Part shown: positions 29,115 through 42,991 of the stretch, piece by piece
Layout of the letters: each line of letters starts with the position of its first letter
Position numbering within the stretch: the first letter of the stretch is position 1
DNA from: Eledone cirrhosa
Lineage: Eukaryota
Direction of reading: 5' to 3'
Assembly: GCA_964016885.1 (NCBI GenBank)
Contig: OZ024762.1
Span: 26,226,001-26,290,000, forward strand
Length of the DNA: 64,000 nt
Notes under the pieces: model-generated
The model's input: only the letters and a program-made list of their open reading frames with translations
Database searches by the model: none
Told to the model about the DNA's origin: nothing
Made by a program: the position numbers and the translations under genes

Positions 29115-29771
29115 CATACACACACATATATATATATATATAATTAGAATTTATATATATATACACACATACATATGTATATATATATATATAAATATAT
29201 ATATATATGTATATATATGTGTGTGTGTACGTATATATATAGCAAGGTATTTTTATGCATATTCACCTGTTTTTAAAAAGAAAAATATTTATCAAATTCT
29301 TATTAGTTTTGTCCTCTCCAGATAATCTCAAATATATTTTTTTCGTAATGGCTCAGGTATCTGTATTATTATATTTCTACTATCTCACAGTTGTTATTCA
29401 CTTCGCCACACGTACCTTTCTTTTAACATCATAACAAAAATATTTCTGCCCTTCCCTTACAGATGTTCCACTTTTAATTTGTGTTTATTTTTTTACGTTT
29501 TCTTTTCCATCTATCTTCACCTATATGGACAGTCGATTGACAAGATCACAGACGTATAGTGGTAGAACACTGGAAGGCTATATCTGTAGTAGTAGAGCAC
29601 TCACTCCATGGGACGGGGTCTGTAGAAGTTTGCTCAACAGCAGTTAAATAACCATTATCCTTGCGCATCTTCCACTCAACAGTTGAGTGTGAAGATGCGC
29701 AAAGTGATACACGTGTCCTCGAGAATAATTAATAATTAACTGTTGTGGAACTGACTTATACATAGAGAGAA

Positions 29772-29965
29772 AAGTAGTACCACATCAGTTAGTACACCAT
29801 TTCCGAGAACAATTTGTTTCGCCTCAAACGGATCATCAGCTGGATCCGTTTCATGTGAAATAAACTGTTTCCGGAAATGGTGTACTAACTGTTGTGGAAC
29901 TACTTCTACTAAACTCGCCTCATAAACTGAGTGCTCTACTACTGTGGATATAACTCACCAGTGTA
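29772..29965. mobile_element. Fold-back element with degenerate hammerhead (29807-29841, minus strand)
   Basis: Inverted arms 29772-29820 / 29855-29906; minus strand CUGAUGA..GAAACAAAUUGUUC. The tail is related to 1065-1117 and 29555-29620. Confidence 0.5.
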
Positions 29966-29979
29966 TATATATATATATA

Positions 29980-30206
29980 TAAGTAAGGTACTCAATACAT
30001 GGCAGAGTAAAATTTTTTTATTTTATAGAAGGAGCTTCTACAGGACTAGTACTGTTTCATTCAGATGAAATCTTCAGGAAGATTTCATCTGAATGAAACA
30101 GTACTAGTCCTGTAGAAGCTCCTTCTATAAAATAAAAAAATTTTACTCTGCCATGTATTGAGTACCTTACTTACTGTGGTTATCCCCGACTCAACCCGGG
30201 ACCTAC

Positions 30207-30207
<1 letters not shown>
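29980..30207 (+). mobile_element. About 195-bp perfect palindrome plus 3' tail, turning at a hammerhead core
   Basis: 29980-30075 is inverted against 30078-30173; minus 30046-30078 reads CUGAAGA-UUUCAUCUGAAU-GAAACAGUA. Confidence 0.75.
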
Positions 30208-30252
<45 letters not shown>

Positions 30253-30255
30253 TTC

Positions 30256-30311
<56 letters not shown>

Positions 30312-30317
30312 TTCATT

Positions 30318-30790
<473 letters not shown>

Positions 30791-30799
30791 CATATATAT

Positions 30800-30854
<55 letters not shown>

Positions 30855-30870
30855 CTTCATTTATATATAT

Positions 30871-31034
<164 letters not shown>

Positions 31035-31134
31035 GAAGTATTTCCCTCGGAAAGGTACAGGAAAAAAGAGTGCTCTATGTTAGTTATGTTGTTTATTGCA
31101 TAACTAGACTTCAATCATCTGGCAAGAAGGTATA

Positions 31135-31175
31135 CGTTGCTGACGATAGCTAATAAGCTTGAAACTAGTACAGCG
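31135..31175 (+). ncRNA. H2 hammerhead, intact core
   Basis: CGUUG-CUGACGA-UAGCUAAUAAGCUU-GAAACUAGUA-CAGCG. Confidence 0.7.
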
Positions 31176-31376
31176 TTCCTCTGTCAGTGTTGAACAAATG
31201 AGCAACGATGGTTGCTAGACGCAGTACGGCTTAATTCGGGATGTTTGTTTACAAACACACCGAGCATTATAATAAATGTTCGGTGAATCCATACGTACAT
31301 ATATATATATATGTGTGCAAGTATGTATATGTTATATACATACTACTGTACGTCTGTATACATATACGTATGTACG

Positions 31377-31469
<93 letters not shown>

Positions 31470-31548
31470 TAAAATAACAGATTAAATTTTAAGCAAAGAA
31501 TCGGTATATACATATATACATATATACATATATACATATATAAATATA

Positions 31549-31636
<88 letters not shown>

Positions 31637-31663
31637 ATATATAAATAAAGACCTCACTTTCTA

Positions 31664-31823
<160 letters not shown>

Positions 31824-32314
31824 ATATACCGCTACATAATTCGTACAGATATCACTAATAGTGACAGTGACTCAACTGTTATACACACTCCAACAAACAG
31901 TTCATTTATTTACCGTTTAAAACTACAGAACAAAGAGAAAAACCATCAAACCTTTCCACTACTTTACAAGGATATACACTTCATCGTGTGGTGACAATAG
32001 TCTATAAAAAACGGCCATGAAAAATAGGCAACAACTACAAGAGCAAAGTCGAAATTATAAGGAAGATAGAATTTAAAAAAAATGCTGTGAAATTTTCTCG
32101 TATGTTTCGTGAAAACTTATAGAAGCATTGAAAAAAAAAATTGGGGAAAACATTAATAATTTATTGGTAGAAAGTAAATTCTATCTGATGTAAGGAAAAT
32201 AAAAACACACTAATTATGTATGGGTGTATGAGTGGGTGTTTGTATGTGTGTGTATGTATGTGTGTGTGTATGTATGTGTGTGTGGGTGTATGTATGTGCG
32301 TATGTATGCATGTA

Positions 32315-32627
32315 TGTTCTTCTTTTGGGTAAATATCATCTTGGTTAAGAGAGTGGGACTGGCTTTGTGCAGTGCCTTTGCTCCCTATAAAAGCTTCACA
32401 GCACAGACATTGCTTTATATCTGGAGATCTCTCTGCACTTGTCGTGACATGGTACCATGCGCCCAGCACTATGTGTCAATAATTGTCACAGGTGTAGTGT
32501 TTGTACCAGAGTTTTCAACTCGCTGGCTGGACTAAAAAGTCACACTCGTTCAGCGCATCGGTAGGGTTCTCCTACATGGATATAAAGTAGTGGCCGTACT
32601 CGAAAACGAGTTGGCAGCCAGCCACCA
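32315..32627 (-). repeat. Unclassified interspersed repeat embedded in (CATA)n
   Basis: Reverse complement of 56745-57055 and 61667-61978. Confidence 0.8.
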
Positions 32628-32923
32628 TGTGTGGGTGTATGTATGTGTGGGTGTATGTATGTATGTATGTATGTATGTATGTATGTATGTATGTATGTAT
32701 GTATGTATGTATGTATGTGTGGGTGTATGTATGTATGTACGTACGCACGTATGTATGTATATATGTATGAATGCATGTATGTAAGCGTGTATGTATGTGT
32801 GTATGTATGTGTGTATGTATGTATGTGTGTATGTGTGGGTGTATGTGTGTATGTATGTATGTATGCATGCGTGGGTGTATGTATGTATGTACGTACGTAC
32901 GTATGTATGTATATATGTATGAA

Positions 32924-33091
32924 TGTTTTCTCTTTCTCTTAATTTCGAGTATATTTTTTTGACCGGCCACCTTCCTGGTGGCAAGGTTGTAAAAGAAAAG
33001 AAATTGTCATCCCTTGAATCGCAAGAATGTTTTGCAAATGTTGAAGGTGCCAGCTATCGCAGCCATTTGTAGACTATGAATTAGGGAGCTG
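32924..33091 (-). mobile_element. 5'-truncated R4/Dong-like copy in (CATA)n
   Basis: Near-identical to 635-802 (SSLIHSLQMAAIAGTF..RFKG* plus UTR). Confidence 0.9.
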
Positions 33092-33789
33092 CATGTATGT
33101 AGGCGTGTATGTATGTGTGTATGTATGTGTGTATGTATGTGTATATGTGTGTATGTATGTGTGTGTATATATGTGTATGTATGCATGTATGTATATGCGT
33201 ATGTATGTGTCTGTATATGTATATATACATATGTATGTGTGTATGTATGAGTGTATATATATATATGTGAGTATGTATGATGGTATGTGTGTCTATGTAT
33301 GTATATATGAGCGCATTCATGTATGAATAACGATAAGTTTGCATGTATGTTTGTATATATGTATGTATGTATTAATGTATATACGTATATGTGCTTATAT
33401 AGAGGCACATACGTATATTTTAATATATAAATATACATGGGGGTGTCGGTGTCTCTGTGTGTGTATGTGAGCATTTCTTTGTGTGTATCAGTTTATGTGT
33501 GTGTATTTATGTTTGCTCGTGTGTGTCTGTTTGTATTTGAGTGTGTGTGTGTATGTGTGTGTTTGCGTTTGTTCAAATAAACCATAAGGATGTGTACACA
33601 TCATCATGAAATAGTATACAAGTAGATATATTATTCCTCCGTGTAGATGCCATAATAATCGTGGTTAAAGGAATCAAATACATTTTATATTTATTTGGAT
33701 ATTTTAAGCATCAAGAAGCATCTAATCATATTAGCGATAGATACAATGAAACCACTGTAATCCTTCATCAAAAATTGACGGCATTTTGT

Positions 33790-34626
33790 TACTCAAAATT
33801 TAACATTGTTCATACCAAACCGGCTGGAATCGCCCCTGTGTATATTTACAAAACTATTAATTTTACAGTATATATATTTATCGAAAAATCTATTCTAATT
33901 TTTTTTTTTTATTGTTAGAGCTTTATTTAAATTTTTCATATCAAACCGCCTGAATTCACCCCTGTGTCTATTTTACAAAACAGTTCATTTTATAGAATAT
34001 ATATTTATTTAAAAACCTCATACCATATTTTTGTAAGAGACTTTTTTTTTATTTTTCATACCAAACTACTTGAAATCGAAACTGTCTATTTAAAATCGAT
34101 ATTAATTTTACAGTATATTCATTTATCTAAAAACTTCCTACCATATTTTTTGCGAGAATTTTTGTTTAAATATTTCATACCAAACCGGCTGAAATCGCTC
34201 CTGTGTATATTTACAAAACTATTAATTTTACAGTATATATATTTATCGAAAAATCTACTTTTATTTTTTTTTTGTTAGAGCCTTTGTTTAAATTGTTCAT
34301 ACCAAACCGCCCGATATCGCCCCTGTGCCTATTTTACAATACTGTTTATTTTATAGTATACTAGACCACTCGTGACCCGTTGGGTCACGTTCACTTCAAA
34401 ATATTTTTTTTAAATCATGTTCACTTAAAAATAATTTTTGAATAATTAAAATATACACAGACATGTATATAATTTAAAATGAAACTGGAAGGCCCATATA
34501 TATACGTGTGTGTATGTATATATATAAATGACTGTGTATGTGTGTATACTTATATTTATATTTGTATATATGTATGTGTCTGTGTATATATATGTGGGTG
34601 TCTGTGTTCTATATACACTGGTCACA

Positions 34627-34661
<35 letters not shown>

Positions 34662-34821
34662 GCAAGCACTAACATATATATATATATATACACACACACT
34701 CATATATACATATATAAACAACAACACCATCAGCTCTCTTCCATTCTCATTCTCTGTCTCCTATCCTTCTATGTCCCTCTTTCAATCTACTCTGTCACAA
34801 CCACTATCTCTATCTCTCTAT

Positions 34822-34886
<65 letters not shown>

Positions 34887-36280
34887 TCTCTGTTTATGAA
34901 GGTACCGGGAAAACCCCATATCCCGGGACCCGTGTTCCGATTTATGCGAAACTTCCTTTATTCCATTTGTACCCTCATTTCAGGGTCAACTTCCTTTCAA
35001 AGTATTTTCGCATTATGCCCACTTTTGGCTCTATTACATTGCAGACAAGCAAGCAATCACAGACTTTTAGTATTTTAAAAATATATTAATTTTACAGTAT
35101 ATTCATTTATCTAAAAACTTCCTACCATATTTTTTGCGAAAACCTTTGTTTAAATATTTCATACCAATATTTCATAAAAACCTCCTACTATATTTTTGTA
35201 AAAGCCTTGGTTTAAATTTTTGATACCAATCCTCCTGAAATCGCCCCTGTGCCCATTTTACAATATTGTTCATTTTAGTCTTCTACCATATTTCATGGTG
35301 TGGACCGTTGCTTAACATTTTCATATCAAACCACTTGAAATCGCCCCCGTGTCTATTTTACAGAAGTGTTCATTTTTAATATACATATTTATCTAAAACC
35401 TCTAACCATATATTTTGTATGAGGTTTTGTTTAAATTTTTTATACTAAACTATTTGGAATCGTCCCTCTTTCTATATTACCAAATTATTCATTTTATAGT
35501 ATATATATTTATTTAAAAACCTCCTACCGTATTATTTTGTAGGAGCCTTTCTTTAAATATTTCATACCAAACTACTTGAAATCGAAACTGTCTATTTAAA
35601 AAAGATATTTATATAACACTATATTCATTTATCTAAAAACTTCTTACCATATTTTTTGCGAGAACCTTTGTTTAGATATTTCATACCAAACTAGCTGGAA
35701 TCACCCCTGTGTATTTCTAAAAAAATATATTAATTTTACAGTATATATATTTATTGAAAAACCTCCTACATCAGTTTTTTTTGTTAGAGCCTTTGTTTAA
35801 ATGTTTCATACGAAACCGCCTGAATTGACCCCCGTGTCTATTTTACAAAACTGTTCATTTTATAGTATATATATTTATCTAAAGGCCTTCTACCACATTT
35901 CGTTGTAAAAGCCATTGTTTAAATGTGTCATACCAAACCGCCTGAAATGGACGGTGTTTAATTTACAAGGCTATTCATTTTATAGTATATATACCACCAT
36001 GCCCTAAATTAAGAGCCCATCCCCATTCTTCTGTAACACCTGAGCCCTTCCCTTCCCTTCCTTTTTCCGTTTTTATATTATCTTATTTTACATTCCATTC
36101 TTATATTATCTTATTTTACTTTCCATTCTTTCCTCTCAATCTATTTTTTTTTCTTTTTGTATTAAATTATTTGTACTAGTATAAATATCAGTAAAATAAA
36201 TATGAAATCTCCCCTGTTTCTATGTTACCAAACTATTTTAAAATACATAAATTTATCTAAAACTCTTCCACGATAGTTTT
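33790..36280. repeat. About 120-bp satellite interrupted by an insertion
   Basis: CATACCAAAC..TGAAATCGCCCCTGTG recurs near 33811, 33937, 34057, 34176, 34298, 35322, 35441, 35563, 35682, 35807 and 35929. Confidence 0.85.
34359..35075 (+). mobile_element. Helentron/HINE-like insertion in the satellite
   Basis: Starts ACTAGA followed by the hairpin CGTGACCC-GTT-GGGTCACG; ends CAGACAAGCAAGCAATCACAGACTTT. Confidence 0.5.
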
Positions 36281-36435
36281 TATGAAACAACCTTCCAACG
36301 TTAGTTATACTAATCACGTACAATTATTGATTTATAAAAATCGTAAAAGATCATCGGGTCGATACTTATCCTGGGTTCCATGGTGTTAATCGAATGAGAA
36401 TACAAAACTTCCCCCTAATGGACACGACACCAGAA

Positions 36436-37015
36436 GTACGGTGCAGTGCAGTGCTGTACATTGATGTGCAGTGTGGTGAGGTACAGAGCGATTAAATACT
36501 GTTCAGTGTGAAGCTGTGCTACGCAGTGCAGAGAGTACAGTGATGTCAAATACAGTGCAGAACGGTACTTTGCAGTGCAGAGAGTACAGTGATGTCAAAT
36601 ACAGTGCAGAACGGTACTTTGCAGTACAGAGAGTACAGTGCTGTGAAGTAGTGTCGTTTAATCCAGGGTGGTGCTGTGCAGTACAATGCAGTGTTGTGCA
36701 GTGTTGTTCGGTACTGTGTAGTACAGTATGGTGCTGTATAGTGATGTGCAGTGCAAAGTAGGGCAGTACTGTGCTATACAGTGCAATGCTTTGCAGTGCA
36801 ATGCAGTTTTGGGCAGTGCAGTTTGGTGCTGTGAAGTGTAGTGTAGTGCTGTGCAGTGCAGTGTGGGGCTGTGTAGTGATGTGCACTGTACTGCGATGCA
36901 GTACGGTGATGTGAAATGCAAATAGCCCAGTGCTGTTCAGTGCATTGCAATGTGGTACTGTGCAGTACAGTGTGATGCGGTGCAATGCAGTGTTATGCAG
37001 TACAGTGCAGTGCAT
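36436..37015. repeat. Degenerate (CAGTG)n pentamer satellite
   Basis: Seen directly; contains an internal direct duplication of about 52 bp (36524-36635). Confidence 0.85.
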
Positions 37016-37274
37016 GCAACCTTTTTCTTTAACAAAAAGTTCCACCCATATCTAAAAAGATTTCCATCAATCTTCTGTCATATTACATATCAGTAATTTA
37101 AAATCGATTTCATACTTCCAGCCCCCAACCTATAGCCTGAGCGAGACTTCATATTACAACTGCACTGATCACATTACCCTACGCCGCATCCTCCCCCAGC
37201 CCCACTCTTTCTTTTTCTATCTTTATCTGTCTGTCTAGCTCTCTATCTATTTGTCTATTTATCACTCTATCTCC

Positions 37275-37305
<31 letters not shown>

Positions 37306-37326
37306 ATTCTGTCTCTCCTTCTTTCA

Positions 37327-37362
<36 letters not shown>

Positions 37363-37587
37363 TCATCTTTACGGGGTCGATAAAATAAAGTACCAGTAAT
37401 GCACTGGGTAATTGCTGGCCTTGTGCCAAAAGTAGAAACAATTATTTAATCCATGTAAATATTTTGGGTGTTTACATACAAGTGATTTATGTCTGTAGAT
37501 CATTTTAGTTTCGGGAAAGGCTGTACATTCTAATAAATATTGCCTGTATAGGTAATCAAGATCTCTATACATTTTGGGAGACACCCA

Positions 37588-37649
<62 letters not shown>

Positions 37650-37651
<2 letters not shown>

Positions 37652-39605
37652 CATGGGGAGGGTCATATTTGTGTAATATTGCCAGAATTAATAACAGAAC
37701 ACACTCACTGTTTGGTTGGTTTTCGCTTCTCGCTGTCTTTTATATCTGCGATCTAACTTAATCGGTCCTCAATGTTGCCATTGACTGACCGACGGTCAAA
37801 AATAATACAGATACAATATAGACACAAAGACATATATATAGTTTACATAATTTACATAAATCTTTCGTTGCACATCTGCAACATCGTCGGTGGTGTTATA
37901 TTTTTTCCTCCTGTTGTGTTGTATGTCTACGCCACTTTTTATTCAGTCTGTCTATATATTTATTTATTTATTTGCTTGTTTGTTTATTTTATTTTGTCTT
38001 CTTTGCGCATGCGTTTGCGTGTGTGTACAGTGTTGTGTGTGCTGTGTGACTAGTGTGTATAGTGTTGTGTCTGCTGGGTGACTAGTGTGTGTTTATGTGC
38101 TTGTTGTTATTGTGCTTGTGTATGTATTTATTTATCTTATTTTATTTTATTTTATTTATTTACTTATTTATAGTTCTCTTAGGTCAGTGTTGTTTGTTTG
38201 GGTGTTGTTGTTGTTCCACTCATTCTTTCTGTTTAGCTTTGGTCTTCTAATTTCTATTTCACTGGCCTCTCTGATTTGCCTATCTGCTGGGTCATTCCTA
38301 TGTTTAGATATTATTCTAATTTCTATGTTGTCTATGTTACCGTCATGTTGTTGTCTAGCATGTTCGTATAGTACTGACCCGTTTTTTCGTCCTTTTAGTT
38401 CCCCCCAGTGTTGGTCTATCCTTTCACCTATGCTATGAGCTGTCTCACCTATGTATGTTGTTGTCATGTTTCTGCAAGTACCCTCTGTACATCTTATGCT
38501 ATAGACTACGTTTCTAGTTTTACAATTTATCCGGGGGTTCACCTTACATATGATACATTTCCTATTGGTACACTGGGTTTTCTTAAAAGGGTAGGTTTTG
38601 CTGATCAAGGATTTTATGGTGGTTCCTGGCTTTTCTACCACCTTTATTTTTAAGTGGGTCTTTCTCAGGGCCTTTCTACACTGGTTAGCTAATTTCCCTC
38701 CAGGGGTGGCGTCCACAAACATGACACTCTGATATCTCTGTTTGTCGTACCATGATGTGGCCTTCCCTATCTTATGTCTAGCCCTATCTAAGCTATTCCA
38801 TGATTTGCTCCTGTATAGTGGGAAAATTCCTTTCACTTTTCCATGGCTCCTTCGTATACTCTGACTCTGTCTCTTTGGTTGTAGCCAGAGAACTGCATGC
38901 GGTTGATGAAGTGTTGGATGTGTCTTTCCATTTCTGTTGGGTCGCACATGCTGGACACATTCTTCATCACTCGTACCAAATCTGCGATCAGAATATTAAA
39001 CTTAGCACTACTGGACATTGCTGAGTTTTTGAGTATCAGGTATTTGGAGGCCATGGGTTTAGCATAGTGTGAGTGGAGAATTTGGGCTCTCTCGTCTATA
39101 GTGTTAATCCAGAGTTCTGTGTCTAATACAGGTAGTCTATTGTTAGGGTGTTTGGAAGGGAAGTCGATAGTTACAGTTATACTCTGGTGTATGGAATTAG
39201 CTATCTGCTGGATGCTTTCCATCGTGCTACGTTCTAAATCAAACTTGTTAGTGCTCTCTAGTGGGGGTGTTCTTATAACTATATTGATATCGTCTACATA
39301 ACGAGAGTACATGATGAGGTCTATGGAGCTTTCATTAAGGAGATCTTTAAGTCTCCTTTCCACCATACCATGAAAAGGTTGGCAACATCACCAGCTATGC
39401 TGACGCCGATGGCCGCTCCCTCATTTTGGGTGTAGATTTTCTCATTGAACTTAAATATGTGGCCCTTTAGGGTAGTTTTGATACTAGCCCCTATTGCATG
39501 TGCGACCATTTTTCTTACCTGATCAGCGTTTTGGGGGGTCCGTATAGCTTTGGTCCACCCAATCCACCTTCCTATGGGAGTCTTTTTAGCCATTGAGGTT
39601 ATGGC
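37650..39605 (-). mobile_element. Penelope-like element, subfamily B (decayed RT C-half + GIY-YIG + pLTR)
   Basis: QNEGAAIG, SRYVDDI and VVYSIRC...TYIGETAHSIGERIDQH; frameshifted; hammerhead at 37855-37893 with CCGACGA core. Confidence 0.92.
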
Positions 39606-39702
39606 TATATATATATAAATTGAGGTTATGGCTATATATATATAAATTGAGGTTATGGCTATATATATATAAATTGAGGTTATGGCTATATATATATAAA
39701 TT
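39592..39702. repeat. Four copies of about 27 bp at the PLE 5' truncation junction
   Basis: (TTGAGGTTATGGCTATATATATATAAA)4. Confidence 0.9.
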
Positions 39703-39738
39703 ACAGAATAATCAAAACTATGTTCAAAACATTTTATT

Positions 39739-39783
39739 GCTGACAATCGTTTCTTCCAAACCTTTGTTTAATATCATCGGAGT
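39739..39783 (-). ncRNA. Candidate hammerhead, U4C core
   Basis: CU-CCGAUGA-UaUUAAAC(AAAG)GUUUGGaA-GAAACGAUUGUC-AG. Confidence 0.45.
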
Positions 39784-41030
39784 ACTAGCAAAGTTTAGAC
39801 ATATAATTAATCTCCTTTTCCACAGAACAATCGTACAGATACGTAGATGTTAGTGTTGTCATTAACAGTATTATATTTAAAGAGTGAAGATCATGTGGTC
39901 AGTATCAGTGGATGCGATAAAGATTATACAAGAATAATACAACAATTATAGAGGAAATAAAGAAGAAAGTTACTCGCAAAACGAGGACATTAGCGGTACA
40001 TATTCAAACGTATAGAAAGAGTGCAGAGGTATTAGGCATGTACAGAATAAACAGGTAAGGAACAAGCAATGGTACTAAGTATATATATATCACAGTATGG
40101 TAAAGGTATCACATAATACAATACTGGTATAAAAGCATATCAAGCAGACAGAGATGCGTGGGTATGAAAAGCAGTTTCTATGAAGTTTATGGTGGATGTA
40201 GTGTGATAATTGTTCTGGTAATGTTCAAATGTTGTGTTGTGAGTATTAATATCAATGTTTTCCTTTACATTACATTTGGTTATATTTCAGTAAATGTTTG
40301 TTAGTAGCTAAAACTATGGATTGTATTATTGGTCCTATTACAATCTTATCCAGGGTTCGAGGTGTTCTGGAGTGATCTGTCTAACGGTTTAATTACAGGA
40401 TGTGATTATATATCTATATACTAAGGGGAGCTAATGTGAAAGGGGACGTAATTGGCGATGAATTTGTATATAAGAGAGAAATGTATAGTTGTTTACAACT
40501 CCAATTAGTTAAATGATATGTGTTAATATACTATGTTATAAGTGAATCCTTTTATAGAATCCTTTTATAAAATCCTTTTATATAATCCTTTTATATAGTC
40601 CTTTTATATAATGCTATTTATTTAAACAAATTTTTATATTTAATTTTAAATACAATCATTTTTCCATATAATACATTAAAGGTCTCATTTTATTACTTCC
40701 TACCCATATATTTATTAAATGAATAAAATATTAGTTAGGAAGTTATTGTAGTTATGTTAAATGGTGGTAACTTTATGTTTATTCCCAATAGTTATTGTAG
40801 AGTATAAGATTTGAGATAAATAGGGGGTAAGTAGAGGAATGAGCTGATAGAATGTGATGCTGTGGGGGGGGGGGGTAATTATATGGTGATAAGACCGAGA
40901 GGTAAAGTGTTAACGATGGTGAGGAATCCAGATCTGCCATTGTTATATACTAGCAGCTAGGTTTGAAGTTGTGGAAAGAGTGAAGATCATGTGGTCAGTA
41001 TCAGTATATATACATATATACATATATATA

Positions 41031-41619
41031 TATTGTTATACTTGGGGAGGGTCATATTTGTGTAATATTGCCAGAATTAATAACAGAACACACTCACTGT
41101 TTGGTTGGTTTTCGCTTCTCGCTGTCTTTTATATCAGTAATCTAACTTACTCGGTCCTCAATGTTGCCATTGACTGACCGACGGTCAGAAATAGTACAGA
41201 TACAATATAGACACAAACACATATATATAGTTTATCATAAATCTTTCGTTGCACATCTGCAACATCGTCAGTGGTGTTATATTTTCCTCCTGTTGTGTTG
41301 TATGTCTACGCCATTTTTTATTCAGTCTGTCTATATATTTATTTATTTATTTGCTTGTTTGTTTATTTTATTTTGTCTTCTTTGCGCATGCGTTTGCGTG
41401 TGTGTATAGTGTTATGTTTGCTGTGTGATGGGTGACTAGTGCGTGTTTATGTGCTTGTTGTTATTGTGGTTGTGTATGTATTTATTTATCTTATTTTATT
41501 TACTTATTTATACTTCTCTTAGATCAGTGTTGTTTGTTTGGGTCTTGTTGTTATTCCATTCATTCTTTCTGTTTAGCTTTGGTCTTCTAATTTCTATTTC
41601 GTCTTCTAATTCATCGCCG

Positions 41620-41620
<1 letters not shown>
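41031..41620 (-). mobile_element. Penelope B inverted pLTR + 15-nt tail stub, with intact hammerhead (41236-41274)
   Basis: Matches 37650-38260; core CUGACGA-U-GUUGCA(GAUG)UGCAAC-GAAAGAUUUA; ends CTAATTCATCGCCGC-(TA)n. Confidence 0.85.
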
Positions 41621-41660
<40 letters not shown>

Positions 41661-41663
<3 letters not shown>

Positions 41664-42212
41664 GATAACAGATTGTTGTTATAGGTAGTCCAGTTAGGGT
41701 ACTCCGAGTAGTGGATGGTATCAACGCTTGGCTGAGTTTGACTCAACAAGGCATTTCCATAGTGATGCTCCGAGTACGCGGTGATTTCTATGTTGTTTAC
41801 ACTTGGAGTAATGATAAATTAAGAAAGAAGAGTGACACGGTTTGCTATACAATAAGGGCTTTATTCACATTGCTGATAATTGTTTCTCTGAACTGGTAGG
41901 TCTAGAGATCGCTACCCGCCTGTTTCTGCGTCAATCGATCACCAATACATAGTTATAACCAGTCAATTCATCAGAGCTAGCGAGAATGAAGGGAATACAC
42001 AGGCATGGCTTCTATATATAGTAGTGGTGGCATTCAATCAGAACAATAACAACAATACTAACAATGCTAACAATAAATTAGTTGAAATAATCACAACATC
42101 AATCTAAGTAAGACATAGAGTATACTTATGACTTAATCATGTAAAACAATTGTCAGCAAAGTGATTAAAGCTCTTATTATATAGCAAACCGTGTCACTCT
42201 TCTTTTTTGATT

Positions 42213-42216
<4 letters not shown>
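41661..42216 (-). mobile_element. Fold-back element with tail (family H5) and long-stem-II hammerhead (41872-41977)
   Basis: 41815-41885 is inverted against 42143-42213; minus strand GCU-CUGAUGA-aUUGACUGGU...ACCAGUUCAGa-GAAACAAUU(A/G)UC-AGC. Confidence 0.65.
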
Positions 42217-42269
<53 letters not shown>

Positions 42270-42705
42270 ATCTATCTATCTATCTGATTTACCTGAAACA
42301 ATAAGTTTAGTGGGGAAAAGACATGTCAAAATCACAAGAATGAAGTGAACAGAATTATCTATGTTTTAAATATATTTGGTGGGAAACGATATTCGATTAT
42401 ATCGACACCAGTACTTGGCTGGTACTTTATTTTATCGAACCTAGGAGGATGAAAGGCAAAGTTAACTTCGATAGGAATTGAACTCAGATCAAACCCAGGA
42501 GTTAAATATTTTGTCTAGCGAATTTACAGAATGAACAGCTGGCTATATTTGTACTCAGAGAGCAGAGAACCAGAAAGAATACCCGAAATCATTCTATCCG
42601 ACGTTCTAACGATTCTCTCAATTCGCCGCCATGATAATAAGACATGTTGTTATTTAGGCATTACAGATTTCTAGGTATATATTTCTTTTCTCTCTTCTAA
42701 TAATG

Positions 42706-42920
42706 GTTTCTTATATAGGCACAAGGCCAGCAATTTGGGAGGAGGGGAAAGTCGATTAAATCGACCCCATAACGTTACTGGTGCTTTATTTTATCGACCC
42801 CGTAAAGGATGAAAGGTAAAATTAACCTTGGCGGGATTTGAGCACAGACCGTAAAGGGCCGTAACTCTAAGCTGCAAAGCATGGTGTCTGACTCTCTACC
42901 GATATTGCCAATCCACCGCC
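42706..42920 (-). mobile_element. Major SINE with 20-bp TSD
   Basis: TTTTCTCTCTTCTAATAATG at 42686-42705 and 42921-42940. Confidence 0.85.
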
Positions 42921-42991
42921 TTTTCTCTCTTCTAATAATGACAGACAACATCTTCGGATATTTCTAATCATCTGTAACAGAAAAAGAAATT

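Noticed and set aside
36503-37045. 180-aa His/Cys/Thr-rich ORF
   Set aside because: Translation of the (CACTG)n satellite.
42285-42310. Recursive splice site TTTCAG|GTAAAT on the minus strand
   Set aside because: Short motif expected by chance, and no established host intron.
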